From: Ruditapes philippinarum
Taxonomy: Eukaryota
Length of the DNA: 64,000 nucleotides
Direction: 5' to 3'
NCBI RefSeq assembly: GCF_026571515.1
Contig: NW_026864778.1
Coordinates: forward strand, 1-64,000
Shown here: positions 40,521 to 55,800 of the stretch, piece after piece
Numbering within the stretch: position 1 is the stretch's first letter
How the letters are laid out: each line of letters opens with the position of its first letter
Notes under the pieces: generated by a model
The model's input: only the letters and a program-made list of their open reading frames with translations
Told to the model about the DNA's origin: nothing
The model's database searches: none
Position numbers and translations under genes: made by a program

Positions 40521-40705
40521 AATGACGTGCGGTAGACGTACATATATGCGATGACGATAGACGTTCATATATGTGATGATGACAGACATGGATATATGTG
40601 AAGAAGATGGAAATAGACACGTGTGATGACGATAGACGTACGTATTTGTGATGATGAAAGAAGATGACGATAGAAGAATATATATATGTGTGTGATGACG
40701 AAAGA
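40495..40705. repeat. Degenerate simple tandem repeat (GATGACGATAGACGTWCATATATGT-like)
   Basis: Seen directly; a shorter inverted counterpart lies at about 19675-19740. Confidence 0.75.
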
Positions 40706-41012
40706 AGTATTAAAATAAATTCGTTACATCGTTGACAGAACATTTCACTATCTTGTTTCGGAATAGAAAAATTTGATTACAATGTATTTGTAGGGGACTG
40801 GTAAAGTATCACACATAATTATGCTACTTACCCGTCGGTATATGACTGAAAAATATATTCTTTCGAAATAAAAAAAGGAAATGAAAATCAAATAAAGAGA
40901 ATTTCGATGAGAAATATAATACAGATTATATGTAAAACTTTCAAACGAAGAAAAATGTAGCATAGCTAATACTGAAACAATTATTAGTTCTATTTTTCGG
41001 GTTTATATTTAA

Positions 41013-41519
41013 AGGCACATTATGCCTCAGAAATATGTTCGTGAAGTTGGCAGCCTAGGAGCCTAGCAGCCTAGCAGCCTGAAGTTGGCAGTCTAGCAGC
41101 GTGGCAGCCTAGCATTCTATTAAGAAAACTAAGAATAGTTCAAACATGAAAACAGTCGGAAATACATAAGTAGCACTCCGTTAGATCACTCCACGCCTAT
41201 TTTCAATATCGTGTTCTTTATTTTTTAAAATGTTGAACTTTATCTTAACATATTTTTTTCATTCTGACGCTTCGAAATTTGTGAAGTTAGCAGCCTAGCA
41301 GGATAGTACAAACATGAAAACCGTCGGAAATGAATCGGTAGCACATACTTAGACAATTCCACGTCTTATTTCAGTATCGCGATCTAATTTTTTTTAAATA
41401 TTGAACTTTGTCTTTGTTTTTTTTTTGACGCTTCGAAATTTGTGAAGTAAGCAGCCTAGCAGATACCAAAACGTTTTTGAGGAATACAAATTATAGCATT
41501 TCTGAGGCTTAATGGGCCT
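41013..41519. mobile_element. Kolobok-like MITE
   Basis: TTAA|AGGCACATTATGCCTCAGAAAT ... ATTTCTGAGGCTTAATGGGCCT|TTAG. It has internal tandem units starting GTGAAGTTRGCAGCCTAG. Confidence 0.7.
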
Positions 41520-44128
41520 TTAGATTTGATCACATTTTTACTGCACATCCTGATCTAGCCTGTGTCACATTCTGTCGATTTTTGTATGTACTTCTGTTCG
41601 GCAAATTAAATTGATACTAGCTATAAAAAACACGAAATAGCGCGTATATTATATATTAACAAAAACAGTCAACGCCTAAATCCAAGGCTTCTGTCGATGT
41701 GCATTTTTTAAATATTCAAATTTTATTGTAGCGCTTGGAGGCCAGTTAATTGAAATTCAGAGCTTAAATATGTGTTTTACGGGATTTAATCACACAGATA
41801 ATGTGTGTTCAATGTTATGTGTCAGGTATGCCCTGTTGTATAAAAAAATGACAATCGACAAACAATTTATAAAGTAAATGAAGATAAATAATGTCATATT
41901 GTGACAAAATTAAATACATGTAATTCATATTTCCCAAACACCAATGTATGCCACTAAAATAGATAAGACGAATACCATGATTTTATCACGTGTTCAAACA
42001 TGGAAGAAGGCATAAGCTCTAGAGTGAAATTGCATATCATACATTTTTTTCCGCAGCAGTTACCTGAGATAAGAGATTAGCTAAAGTTTCTATTTTGACA
42101 TCTCATGCAACATATTTAAAGAGTATTTGTAAAAATAAAAGGCTGAGCAATGTTTGATATTATACATTAATCAAGTAGATAATGTATACTGATACAGTTT
42201 TAATTCATTTGTGAAACAATTTTTTGAAACTATTACTAATCCTTTTTAGTCCCTTTTATTTCTTACGAGGATAAATGGCCGAGTCCCGAGTGGTGTTTGA
42301 ATCAACGGTCCAAGACAATTCAATCATGCAAGAGTCTACCGCATCCCTTACATTGTGAATTCACACACCATTTATACATACATATTTATAGTGTTTTGAA
42401 TTTGAGAAAAACCAATAAATTTGATCTAGATCTATATTTTTCCAATATTTATTCATAATATATTTTTAGAATTATATGAAGATATGACAGCTCGAGGTCT
42501 ACATTCAACAGTTTCCCCCGAGACGTTTGAAAAATGGGAGGCGACGTGTCAGATTGTTTTATCACAACTGGATAAAATCATGACATTTTTTTAAAAATGT
42601 ATGAGCTTTTACTAATTTTTATATTGTCATATCTGACGATTAGATCAATAACAATGTTACTTGTCATAGGATAGAGACAACCGCCTGTGTCAAGAGAAGA
42701 AGTCGTACGCTGTATGTATATACATGTATATATATTCTAGTTTGTACCAAATTTGAAACCATCCATTCTAAAGTTATCACAAAATCATATGGATGTTAAT
42801 ATAAATGTTTTACGACAAAAAATGTTAATGTAATTATTTATTGAAATGAAATTTAACACCCCCATTATATCTGCCTATTTAATTTAATGTTCTGTGGCAT
42901 GCTAGCATCTCTAAGTTTAACAATCACTCCCAGCTATCTTTCAAGAAAGGAGTCACCAGTTCTTCCTAAATGTTCAGAATAAGTTAGTACTTAGACTTAT
43001 AACATAACATCCTGTCGTGTTTGAATTAATACAGAAAATATCCCACTTATTTTCAAGAAATTTAGATCCTGCTATTGTCCTAAAAACGAAGAGTAATTCT
43101 CCCGATAAAATTATAATGGTGATCGAAAGTTAACCTGCAGACGGTATCGACCCTTTTTCCTCCTAAATAGACAGAGAGTCTTATTTTTTGGTTTTGTTAC
43201 GTAGTCATACCACATTTAGTGTGAAAAGGTCTAATAGTACTAAATTGCTATTGTAGGCAGCGTAATCTATTTAGTGGTATGAACCCTTGACGTAAGTAAT
43301 TGCTACGATGTAATAATGAAAATGTAACACAAAATGTCTGCGCCCGTAAACAAGCGTTAAAGCGAAAGTCTATACAGATTTCATGCCCCTTGTCTATACA
43401 AATTTATCTGCCGTAAACCGTCTGACAGAACGATTTTCAGCAAAACATCGGGAAACATCGGGAAAATGCGTCCGTCAGCCGATGTTTTCAACTAGACGAG
43501 TATGAAAGGGAATACAGTGTTAGATATCATCGAGGATATGTGACCAAAGGGTTTCAGAAGTCTTGGTATGGTTATTTTACAAGATTAAAGCTAACATCTT
43601 TATCAGTTTATATCTTTGAGCCGAATGCGCATAGACAGTCTTTTGTGATAAAATAACATTGTTGAATCTCTTACTTGTCATAATCATGACAATCAACGTT
43701 CATCATAATTCGCAGATGGGGTTCAGATAGTATGAGTTACTTCCCTTACGGCCTTAGTTTCACTTTCTTATATGCAATTTGCAGTTAAAACCATAGGCAC
43801 TTGGTTTCGGGATAAAAACTTTAAAAAAGCCTTTTGAACGGTATGTAGAACTCAAATTTGATTGAATGTAACAATTTTTTAACGTAGATGTCTCTATTCT
43901 AAATTCGCCATTTTTCCGATATTATACTAAAAAAAAGCGGCTTAGGGCAACATGATACCCTCTCTAATGATTTTTGCGAATGAGTGAAACAAAAGTGTTA
44001 GTCGCATTGAATGATTGATTTGACATAAACATTTGTTTAATCTTGTTATTCATTTAATATCAAAATATAGAAAAGATGAAAATGGAAAAAAATGGATTTG
44101 TGTTATATTGTTTTAATGTTATGAATTA

Positions 44129-46021
44129 CGGACAGGGCGGACCGTGAGACAGGGCAGACCGTATGTTTGGATGGGGTGGACCATATTTTGGGACAGGGCG
44201 GACCCTGACTCAAGACGAGGCGGTTCGGAATTAAATGTTATAAAAATATCTAAATAGTGTCAATTCATTTTCTTTTTTTTCTTTTAATATCATTATAAAC
44301 ATATACTGTTTATACAGTCTACTCCATTTAACAATGAGAACAGTTTTAACAAGGACAAGGTACCGCTTACAACGTACATTCTACTGTGTCCCGGCCTTTT
44401 TCCATCTATTTTCCTTTCATTTTTTATCGTTTATAATGAGATCGTTTCGGTTTTAGTGAGATATCGGTTACAACGTACAAAATTTCACTGTCCCATGCAT
44501 ATTTTTCAGAATTTTAACGAGGTCACTTCATTTGCACTTCATTTGCACTTCGTCTGCATCAGTTTGTCACCTTGAGAAAAACCATGATGACCAATAATAA
44601 AGGTCAATTAAGGAAGAAATTATTGATGTGGGACGAGATAATGGGTCAAGCAATTAGAAATCAAATGTGTCAGCCTTGTTTTGTCTGCGCTCCGGGCTAA
44701 ATTGTCACAAGAAAGGAAGCGGTTAATGTCTTGCGGTGTTATTCGCTGTTCGTGAGAAATGCAACGTTTTGGAAACAAATTTTAAAATGTACATATTAAT
44801 GAAAAAACACACGCGGTTAGACGTAGGTTGTGTTTTCATGTTTTGTTGAAATTCGATGATAGCTAGATATATTTATATACATGCATATTTAAATAAAACA
44901 AAAACTTCTGATTGCAAAGAGTTACCTCCCATTATATACTTTTCAAAAAGGATGCACACAAAAGTAGAAATTAATGATGCTGGACAGTGTCGGATTTCCC
45001 CAATTTGTTCTGTCCCGGTTATAACGAGACTCGGTTATAACAAGGAATCATCCGAAGTCCCAACGATCTCGTTATATCTGGAGTGCACTGTACATACATT
45101 AATGCAGTTTATTAATTCATAATAAATTTGTTTAATGAAATTATTAATAACGCATCGAGTTGGGCATTATGCAGGTGATTATTGACCAATTACAGAGATA
45201 TTACAAGTCATTGTTTTTTAAATATGACAGACAGCAGATATAAATAATAAGAGGGTAAAACTTCATTTAACAACACATAAAGAAAAGGGCTGTTATTCAC
45301 ATCTGACATACAACACAATAGCATAAAATGATGATGAGTGACATTACAAAATTGCGCACCTATCCAGAATTTATTTATTTTTTTGGTGGAAAGTGTCTTG
45401 ATGGAATATTTTATCTTTTTTGACTGCTTTCTCCTGGTTGACTTCCTTCAATTTTGATTCCTTTGACAAGTGTAAGTTTACATCATAAACTTTAAGATGC
45501 TGTCTGTTTAGCGAATTGATATACATTGTATATAAACTATTCTTGGTTGTCCTATAGTTAGTAAGGAATTAACTAATATAAATAATCATTTTTCCTTTAT
45601 ACAACTTAAATGTTATGAATGGATTATATAAAAAAATATTACAATTAAAGTAATTTTGTCAAGTTTATTAACTTCAGTGCAGAAGGAAAATATGTTTTAC
45701 TTATAAGATTTTTTCAATCCATTCCCACTATCTTACGCTACCTATTTTATACTTATAATTGCAAGGGTACTGTAAATGTTAATACTCTAAGTATACATTG
45801 TATACATGTACTAGTATAAAATTATATTAATTTATTTTTTTAAATTTTTTTTTGTTTTTGATAATATTGATATCAAAAGATAAAAAAATAAATCAATGAA
45901 ATAGCAGTATTAAATTTGAAATTAATCACGGTCGGCCTCATCTCGAGTCATGGTCCGCCATTTCCAAACATATGGTCCATCCTGGTATGGTTTGCCCTGT
46001 CTCACGGTCCCCCCTGCCCCT
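44129..46021. mobile_element. Degenerate non-autonomous TIR element with about 100-bp GC-rich inverted ends
   Basis: GGACAGGGCGGACCGTGAGACAGGGCAGACC...GACTCAAGACGAGG matches the reverse complement of CCTCATCTCGAGTC...GGTTTGCCCTGTCTCACGGTCCCCCTGCCCC. Confidence 0.7.
44315..45090. mobile_element. pogo/Tigger (Tc1-mariner)-type MITE nested in the previous element
   Basis: TA|CAGTCTACTCC ... GGAGTGCACTG|TA, with repeated TTAYAACG subterminal motifs. Confidence 0.7.
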
Positions 46022-49000
46022 ACGACCATTGTTATATCTTGTTCAATACTGTCTGGTGCCATATAAGATGTTTGCATGGGACATTACAGATTGTTACCTT
46101 CTGATGCCACATAAGGCAATATAGTTAATAAATCATATGAGCTATAATAGATTACATTTCACACATACATTGTATTTTTGTTACTTTTTGTGAATAATTG
46201 TATTTATCTGTATCAATCATATGTAGGCCTACAGAATGCAAATTTAGATTATCTGTAAATAAATTTGTACTGCTTTCAGAGAGATGTATGCAGATCAAAC
46301 CCATCAAGTAAGCCAACACCATGTCTACAAGGTCATACCTCTAGAACCTCTCACACCTCTACAGCTGAGGACAAATCTAAAAGTTTGTATTCATATTAAA
46401 TGTATTCGAACTTAAGATTATTTGAATAACTGGAGGACTTTTATCCTTTGCAAGTCTTTGTTTGCAGCAGTGCTAGACTTGGTTAGGGTTGTGTATGCAA
46501 TTTTAAAGTCCATATTTTAAGTGACATAATCATTTTTAGCTTGATTTAAAACCCAGGGAATAGTGTCTCTGTTTTATTCATATATGAAATAAAAAGTTGC
46601 TTATTTTAATGTAAATATTTATTATTTACTTACTATTGAAGTGTTATAGCATTTATCTCCCATGTGTTGCAGGTGGACAGAGGAATAGTATGAATGCTTC
46701 AGTGAAATTAAGGAGCTCAGGTTCTAACAAGGTACATGTATACACATGTTTATATATGTAATGGATTCTTCAGATTTGATACTAAATTAATATTATACAT
46801 ATTGTCATGTCTATCAATGAATATAACTTGATAGGATTCCATAATTGTTTTTAAATAACAATACAGTCAGAAATATTTTTAAAAAATCATTGGAAACATG
46901 AAGAAGTCCACATTTTCATGACTTTAATATAATATTCAATTTGAACAATGGAATTCTTCACAAGTCTCTACTGTTGGGATGGCTAAATGCTTTTTTGTGC
47001 AGAAGACCTCCTGGCCTTTAATATTTACTTTGGTGCCATGTATTGCATTATTATATGTGACATTAACTTATATTAAAATCCTGTAGTGCAAGTTAACATT
47101 TACTAGTATACCTGGTAAACTTCGTAGGAGGGCAAGTATTTACTGCTGTCGTGATATGACTGAATTATTGTTGGAAGCAGCATCAAACCCTTTACCCATA
47201 ATAAATTGTTTAAACAATATTTTTCTCTTCCATTCAAGCGTAGTAGAGCAGTGCAACACAGAGGTACTCCAATGTGCAATTTTACAAGTTTTTCCAGACA
47301 GTGATTACAGCGAGGCTTGCAATTGAAGACTTCTGTACACAATTTCTTAACAAATCCAAAAACAAAGCCGTGTAACATACAACTAAGTATGTATTTTTCA
47401 TTAACTTCATACATATAGCACAAAGTCTGCACGTTTCTGAATACTTATTTTAAAGGTTGAATTATATCTTACCGACCAACTTCAGAATGTCAGAACTTAG
47501 AAACATTATTAGATGTGTAGTCAATTTAGTCAGTCATCCTGCCACCTCAGTGATGTCCCTATTCAGTGACAATAAATTTTGAGACATATTTTACTTAAAA
47601 GACCAAACTAAATAGCATTTCACAAATTAATTATTTCAACAGAACCTTCCCTAAAAAAAATGCTTTCCTAAAATGTCTCAAGGGAATTGTCAGACTTTTC
47701 TACTTATTTGGGGTCATTTCAAGGGCAGATAACTTATACATACTCAAATGAATTCTTGTTTTTACTTCTGGATTATGTTTTTCTTTTATTGTTGAGTACA
47801 ATACATAATAATATGCAATTCTTTACATCGTTTCCATTAACTTTTTTTCAATGAAAATAAAGGTACTTTAAATCCTTAAAAAACAGGCCATTTTTTTAAA
47901 GAAAAAATGCACAGGTTAAAAGAAGAAGTGGGAATAAAAACTACCCCCTCTAAATTTGTTCTTGCAATTTTGCATATCAACTAAAATGAAGGTAAGCTTG
48001 ATGAAAATAAGAAAAAAAAATGTATTTATTCCCTTCATTGTAAATTATCTGCACTTGAATTTAACAAAAAAGTCCAATTCAAAGGCAGATGACTCAAAAA
48101 CGAGAATGGTGACCCAAATTTTTTTTTCGCTAAAAATGTTTCTGTTATCATATTCTAACAACATCTTACATGCCAAGTTTAAAGAAATTCTATTGAACAG
48201 TTTTAATTTTGCCAATATGTCTATATGAAAACTTCCAAAAACGTCCTTAAGTGATAAAAACTGACAAGTAAATAAATACCACATTTTGCCATTCCCATGA
48301 GTGGTCTTTACTTACAGGTTTAACTGTACATAAAATCTAAAAATATCAAAGCACTACATGCTTTGGAAGAAAGCCTTAACCAAAATTGAACACTTAGTGC
48401 CCGAATTTAAGTTTAAAATTTGTGTATTTATTTAGGTGATCACAATTTTGGTAGAAACAATGTTATAAATGTTGCTTTCAATGCAGAGTAAAGTTAACTT
48501 TTGTCATTTTTTACAGGTGATTCAAAGAAAACCAATCTACAAACAAGAAAGGGTCGATTGAATGGAGTGACATTTTTACCCTGAAGCGTCCTATTAAGAT
48601 AAAGAGAATCTAGTCGTTTGTGCCACAGCACAAAATTATCAGACACATAAGTAACATTCAAGTAGTTATGCATTTACATGGAGGATATGACATAATTGTA
48701 TTTTCATATTGAATTTATCATATAAGTTGCGAGTTGATCGAACCACACACTTAATTGCCAACATGGTTGGAAGGGTCTTATTGTCCAAGCTGCAAAGAGT
48801 GTATGCCCTTATAAACTAGCTGGCACAGTTGTGTATCAGTTGATATCAGTCTATGTTGGTTGCAATTAAATCCAATACTTTCATAGAATTATATGTTTTT
48901 ATTTAATGTTTATAGCATCAATAAATTGATAATCTGAAAACATAGTGCAAGTCAGGTTTTCAAGTAAAATCCTAATTAACTTTTAGAACATTTTGCATAA

Positions 49001-49447
49001 AGTAAGGTGATATCTCTAAGTTGTCAAAGAAAAGCTTTTGCAGCTCTTTATAATTAAACATGGCATGGCACTTGTATCTATGGCTTTGTTCACCATCCAA
49101 GTTATACATGTACTCAAATTTTGTGACGTTTTTTAATATATTTTCCCCCATATTCCTAGTACAGTAATTTGTTACATTTCTCTTTCCTCTATCATTCTTA
49201 GTTTTTGTATTTAATATTTTCCAAGTGGTAAATAAAAACAATAAAATTTCACAATTATTTATGATATTTTATTTACTTGTGTATTTCATGCAATGAGGCT
49301 AAAAATGTAAAAAAAGTAATTTTTGAAGAAATTTTTTTTTAAAGTTAGACCAGTGTTGCTTCAGCGATCAATATGTTAACTTGTCATGTAGCATGTACAC
49401 AAACATACTGGGAGAAGAAACAGATGTTTGGCTTAATGAAAGTACAA

Positions 49448-49795
49448 CCCAGCCAACATTCTATATCGGCCCGACATCAAACCTATATGGTTTTCTATAA
49501 CGGCCCGACATCGGATTAAATCTCGGCTGCAAATAGGAATGATGTCGGCCCGACATCGGTAGTACAATATCGGGCCGATGTCTTAACAATATCGGCCCGA
49601 TATTTCTTGCCTACATCGGGCCAACATCAAATCAACATCGGCCCAATATTTGTTGCCTACATCGGGCCAACATCAAATCAACATCGGCCCAATATTTCTT
49701 GCCTACATCGGGCCAACATCAACCTGATATTTCTTACCTACATCGGGCCAACATCAAAACAATAGCGGTGCGATGTCAGCCAACAGAAGATATCA
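49448..49795. repeat. TIR plus subterminal repeat array of the EnSpm/CACTA element
   Basis: More than 10 copies of ATCGGSCCRAYAT in both orientations, including a higher-order repeat TTGCCTACATCGGGCCAACATCAA. Confidence 0.88.
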
Positions 49796-50456
49796 GCCCT
49801 ACATTGACCACGTATGATCCTTAGGCTAGCCTGTTGATTCTGACAAGCAACAGGCATTTGGCATAGCCTGCAATTTAAACATTTCTTGTTGTTAACTTCC
49901 TTAAAGGAGAAACAAAATCACAACAAATGAACTAAATTCAATAATCAATTTTAATAATTCTAAACAATGACAAAATTTGATCACATTATTATCATTAAAA
50001 TCACATTGGTTGAAAGACAACTTTGATATAAGAAAAATGCATGTTTTATTGAGATATCAACAGTTTTAATTTGAAAATTAAGGGCATGGAAATGACAAAA
50101 TTTGATTTTTAAGTGTTTAAAGCAATGTATTTTAAGTACTTTGAATGCAATGAATCTTTGTTTATATTCTGATTACAACAGATACAGAATACCTAAAATG
50201 AAAGAAGTTTGTATACCTATTTGTTGGCATCAATCAAAAGAAACATGCCCCAAAACAAAGGTTAAAGACACTAGAGATGCTTTAAAGATCTTATCAATTA
50301 ATCTTTTTTTTCCTTTGAAAATTGGAGAGAAATAGCAATTTATACATATATTACCTTAAGACTAGAGTAACAATATATATACATGTTTACAAATAATGAA
50401 AAGAACTGTTTATTTGAAAAAAATTATGAAATCATAAAATAATTAACAAGGAACAC

Positions 50457-51221
50457 AAACAAGAGCTGTCGGTAGGACAGCAACGCTCGACTATTCTAGT
50501 GCTTGATAGTAAAAAATAATGCTTGATAGAGTTACCTACTCCTGTTTACAGGTTGGTGTCATGATGGTGAACAAGTATGCAAAGTTTCAAAGCCATATGT
50601 CAATGGACTTTGAAAATATTTGAGTTATTACAAAAAACTTTAACGTAAATTCTAAGTCGAAAAAGGGGCATAATTCTGTCAAAATGCTTGATACAGTTAC
50701 CTCCTCCTGTCTACAGGTTGGTGTCATGATGGTGAACAAGTGTGCAAAGTTTCAAAGCCATATGTCAATGGACTTTGAAAATATTTGAACTATTACAAAA
50801 ACTTTAACATAAATTCTAAGTCGAAAAAGGGGCATAATTCTGTCAAAATGCTTGATACAGTTACCTCCTCCTGTCTACAGGTGGGGGTCATGATGGTGAA
50901 CAAGTGTCCAAAGTTTCAAAGCCATATGTCAATGGACTTTGAAAATATTAGAGGTATTACAAAAACTTTAACATAAATTTTAAGTTGAAAAAGGGGCATA
51001 ATTCTGTCAAAATGCTTGACAGAGTTACCTCCTCCTGTCTACAGGTTGGGGTCATGATGGTGAACAAGTGTGCAAAGTTTCAAAGCCATATGTCAATGGA
51101 CTTTGAAAATATTTGAACTATTACAAAAACTTTAACATAAGTGGCTACGCCGACGCGGACGCTGACGCTCGGGTGACTACAATAGCTCTACTTATTCTTA
51201 TCGAATAGTCGAGCTAAAAAA
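50457..51221 (+). mobile_element. Helitron/Helentron-like non-autonomous element with a 164-bp internal tandem array
   Basis: 5' AACAAGAGCTGTC and sub-TIR GCTCGACTATTC / GAATAGTCGAGC followed by TAAAAA. TAATTCTGTCAAAATGC at 50671, 50835 and 50999 (period 164, about 3.8 copies). GCCGAC/GCGGAC microrepeats near the 3' end. Confidence 0.85.
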
Positions 51222-52869
51222 CAGTAAAATATAACTGACTTATTTAAACGAATTGGACAACAAACATGACTAAAATAAAACAAAATTGTTAATGAATATA
51301 AACAACCTCAACAAACTGCTAACATTAAAAAAAGATATGTCATGCAAATATATAATTCAATTATGCAGATTTTACAAATATTTATATCCGTAAGATAAAA
51401 ATACATCAATATGAACTTGTGATTAGACTATTTATGTAAGAGTGTAATTTCCAAGCAAGATGGTAAAATACTGAATTTAAAAACTTGAAAAATAAATATC
51501 TTCAAACCTTACAATTAATTTATGGTTGTTATTTAATTTGTATCTGGAGAAACATTGAATGTAAAAATCAATGACTTTCAAATTGAATAATAATGAGTTT
51601 AATTGGCACAAAGAATAACATATAATAAATTTGGCACAAGACTGATGTAAAACATATTAAATCATCAACAAAATAAAATATATAGAGAGTGTCAAACAAG
51701 TTAATCATTGTAAAATTTAATACTGGTTGGCATTTTAAGCTATAAAAAACATGGTAATAATTATTACATTATGAAAACAAATGCATAAATATTTGACTCA
51801 AATGAAAAACAAGCTGGAACAAAAAAAGCTATATAGTTACTTGCTGCAAAATAACTATTTGTGTGTGTGTCCAAGTACAAAAATAAAGTTTAAATACCGA
51901 ACCTCTTGTCTCTTATTACATAAACCGCGGCACAGGAGTGTAATAAAGCCATTTAATAAAACCGATATTACACTAGTGTAATAACAATTTTATGGGACAC
52001 ATTTGCACTATCTATAAACATGGCCTTAAAGCAACTGTAAACTAGAGCAGTCATCGATAGAGACAATATCATTGATATTTTTCTGTCTAACAATAATCAA
52101 TACAAAATTGAAAAAAATTGATTGTTTAAAGGTCTATAAAAAATGAAAATTCACTAAAAAGATACACAAAAGCAGATGGCCGTGTCTAACACTAAGCTGT
52201 TGCTCCATAATGGACACATTTCATAGCAGTTATGACAAAATATAACCGGAAAAAAATCATGCAAAGGTACACAACCTATCTATTTTACTTAAATCATTTA
52301 AACAGGTATGAAATAGAAGTATTATATACAAGAAAATAAGAGTATTTTTAGATATATTGGTGTAATGCCAATATTTAGTCAGCCGATATCAATGTATCGT
52401 CAATATGCTTTGCACTGAATCTATGACAGCACTACAATAAACTTTTCTTTTTTTGAATATGTGATAAATAGAGTATAATATTTGTCTAGATTTAATACTT
52501 CATTTATTTAAATTGTTGAATAAAACAATATTATGTGATTTTATTCAACTTGTTCAATAAATTTAGTATTAAACCTATTCATTCAATATCCTCTATATAT
52601 CAAGGGAAAATACTTAAAAATAAAAAAATTACTTCAACTTCTGTCAGTGCAAGGGACCCACTAAATTTCATGATACTGACATTTTTAAATCAATGATTTT
52701 TCCCCATGCTTTATCAAAGCTTTCACATTGGTGATTTACAGAAAAAAAGAGAGAAAATAAATGGTGCATAACTAGTAAAACAGTATTTAAATGCTAATGA
52801 AAGTTCTCATGTTTTATCAGTCCATGTAAGTATAATTATGTATCTTTTTTGGAGGACAGTTTTGAAATC

Positions 52870-55800
52870 TCAGTTTTCTAAATTTTCACTTGAGGTATTT
52901 GTGGCTGCCTTTCTATTTTTACGACCTCCCTCACGGTCTTTGGCTGTCCTCAACCATTCTCTGGTTATAAATTCGACCTCTGCTGTGGTTGTTCCTGGTG
53001 TGGTCTTCTGCACTGCCTCTGTAAATTACATAAAAAACGCAATGTTCATTTGACTTTTTTACAGTGATATTCTCTGTACGTCTTGTTTAAATTTTTGCAA
53101 GTTAAGGAAATTATTTGAATAAGTTCACCTGCTCTTCATTGTTATGACAACTGAAATGTACATACCTTCAAAACGTTTGAGTAACAAATAATGGGCTTTA
53201 TACTTTAATAGATTTTGAATTTCTGAATAAATAACAAACATAAAAGTTTGTCTGCTTTTTTTTCATTTTAATTGATAGATTACTCAGAAAGCCAATCTAA
53301 AACAAGATTAATCAGAAAACCAATCCAAAACAGTACATTTATGCAAAAAAAATGCAAAAAAACTTTATGACTTACTACAAATCACTTCCGCTATTTTCAA
53401 CGATCCAAATTTAAGCTTTCCTTTCTTTCCGTACCAGTTGTAACTCTCTGCCAAACGGCTTTTGATTACATGGCTCAGAATTCGCCTGACCATATCTGGT
53501 GTGTTTTTCCCGCCAATCAAAGACAGGTAGTTGACCTGAAATGTTAAGTGTCATTAAGGCTTAACACTAAAACAGTATTTAAACATAACAAAATTTCAAT
53601 TTTTGAAAAGAACTGTAATGAAAAGAACTATGAATATGAAGAAATAATTTTTTAAAAAACAAATCTCATTATCTGTTTTCATAGTACATGTATTTAATGG
53701 TTTTTACTGTATCCTTCAGCTTTTACAGCTAAAATTACATGTTTTAAAATTTACAAAAAAAGAACAAAATTCGATAAATTTATCATTGTATAATGAATTG
53801 GCCAAAAACAAGCATTTGCTTTCAGAGGCACTTATTAAAGGGCATTGAGACAGTACATGTATATATACTGATAGAGAAAAAATACGCTTGTAGAGACAGG
53901 TTTTCTTACCATGTTGTTAAGAACAGCCTGTTGTCTCAACTCTTTTTCTAACCCTTCAACATTCTCCAAAGATTGGAGGGGACGGGTAATACCTTCAAGC
54001 AGACTGAAGGTACTGGAGCTGCTCGCTTTTGACGCTCCTAGCTCCTGAACCATATCTAGAAGAGTTTCAAGCATTCTGCGTTGCTGGTTTTGTTCGATTC
54101 TGATTTTTTCGATACTAGTGAACACTTCTCTTGAGAAGCGAACATGATCTCTATCTAAAATTTGGCAAGAAAAAAAATGTTATTACACAAAATCAGGAAA
54201 AAAATCACAGTAATGTCATGGTTCTCAAGGCTAAATGTTCATCCTTAAGAAAGATGACAAGTCCTAGCTTGATATAAACAACATTAAACTTTTACGCAAT
54301 TAATCTTATATTAGCACCCATTGTTTTTTAAGAAATTACCCTGACCTTTTTTTTTGGAGCAAATTATGAAGAGAAGTCAACCTCAATTACATAAATGCAA
54401 AGCTAATTATCAACAAAATACAAAAAAAGGTATGTATAACTAAAAAGGCCAAAACATACTTGCATCTGGAGCTGCTGTTTCTTGCGTCTTTGAGCCAACT
54501 TTCACATTTGGAGTGGTTGCCAATGGGATACGTGGCGGTGGTTTAGGAAGAGATGGCGATTTTGTTGAAGGCAGTGGTGATGAGATGGAAGACAGTGGTG
54601 ATGAGATGGAAGACGGTGGTGAGATGGAAGACGGTGGTGATGATTTAGAAACTGTCAAAAGCATTGATTGAACTTCTTCCTGAGACCCTTCCTCTGTTAT
54701 CTTACTGCGTGAAACAGCAGTAAAATCATGCCTGTCCTCATCTTCATCAGATGAAGAAAATACTGTTTTTCTAAAATAGTTAAAAACATAACCCCTGTAT
54801 TAATTTAACATAATAATGCTCTAATCAAGGGAAAATATTCAATATTTAATTATTTACATGTTATGTGGGATATATGACTGATTTAACAGTATCAATCACT
54901 ATAATTTTACTGCGTTACTAACGCGTAGACGTTACTAATGCAGTAAGAGTAAAGACGTATTTATGTATATTTGGATCATTTTTTTTTTAATTTACATAAA
55001 CTGTAATTGCCGTTTGCAATTATTTCTTCTTTGTTCAATTCATAGTATTTACTTTAAAATACATTTTTAAAATTTTCATGAAAATAAGCATGATTCTGAT
55101 GGCATGCTGCTTTAAAGACTTTAGTAGGGATGTTGTTGACAGTACCTTTAATCAATGTACTGTATTCCATATGCATTTATTTTAGTATAATTAATTCTAC
55201 AAGTGGCCAGATATCAGCTACATGACCCTAGTCATTGAGCATTTGAAAGCTATTTGATTTTTTTACATGATATAAAAAAAATTATAATAATTGTGAGTGT
55301 CATCACTGATGGTGACTGAAAGATACTAGAGAATGTTTTTTAACATTTCACAATTAACTTCTAGCCAAGAAAAAACAGCTACCTGATTTTTCTCTTTGAT
55401 CGGCGGTATGAATCTGCCTCATCTTCACTAGCCTCTAAGGCAGTTGCTAGGTCAGATTCATCTTCTGCTTCACGCAGCTTCTTTCGTACCTTATCATATG
55501 ATTCTACAACAGCAATAATTTAAATATATTAATTTTAAGTAGTTTAAGCCAATTTTGACCACAATGTGATATTAACAATGTAATTCAATCAATATTTATA
55601 AGCATGACAAAGAAAGTGTAATTTTACATTTTTTAAGACAAGCCTGATTCAATTGAAATTTTCTTTTAAAATTACATGTATTCAGTATTTGCAATAATCC
55701 TTACTTACACAAAAGGATATATTTACATATAAATACAAACATACAAATCTGGTTGAAAGTAAATCAAAATAATCAAATTAACACAATTTACCATGTTCGT

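Noticed and set aside
47500-48335. Possible nested MITE remnants
   Set aside because: Only one end of each is recognisable and no TIR pair or TSD could be confirmed.
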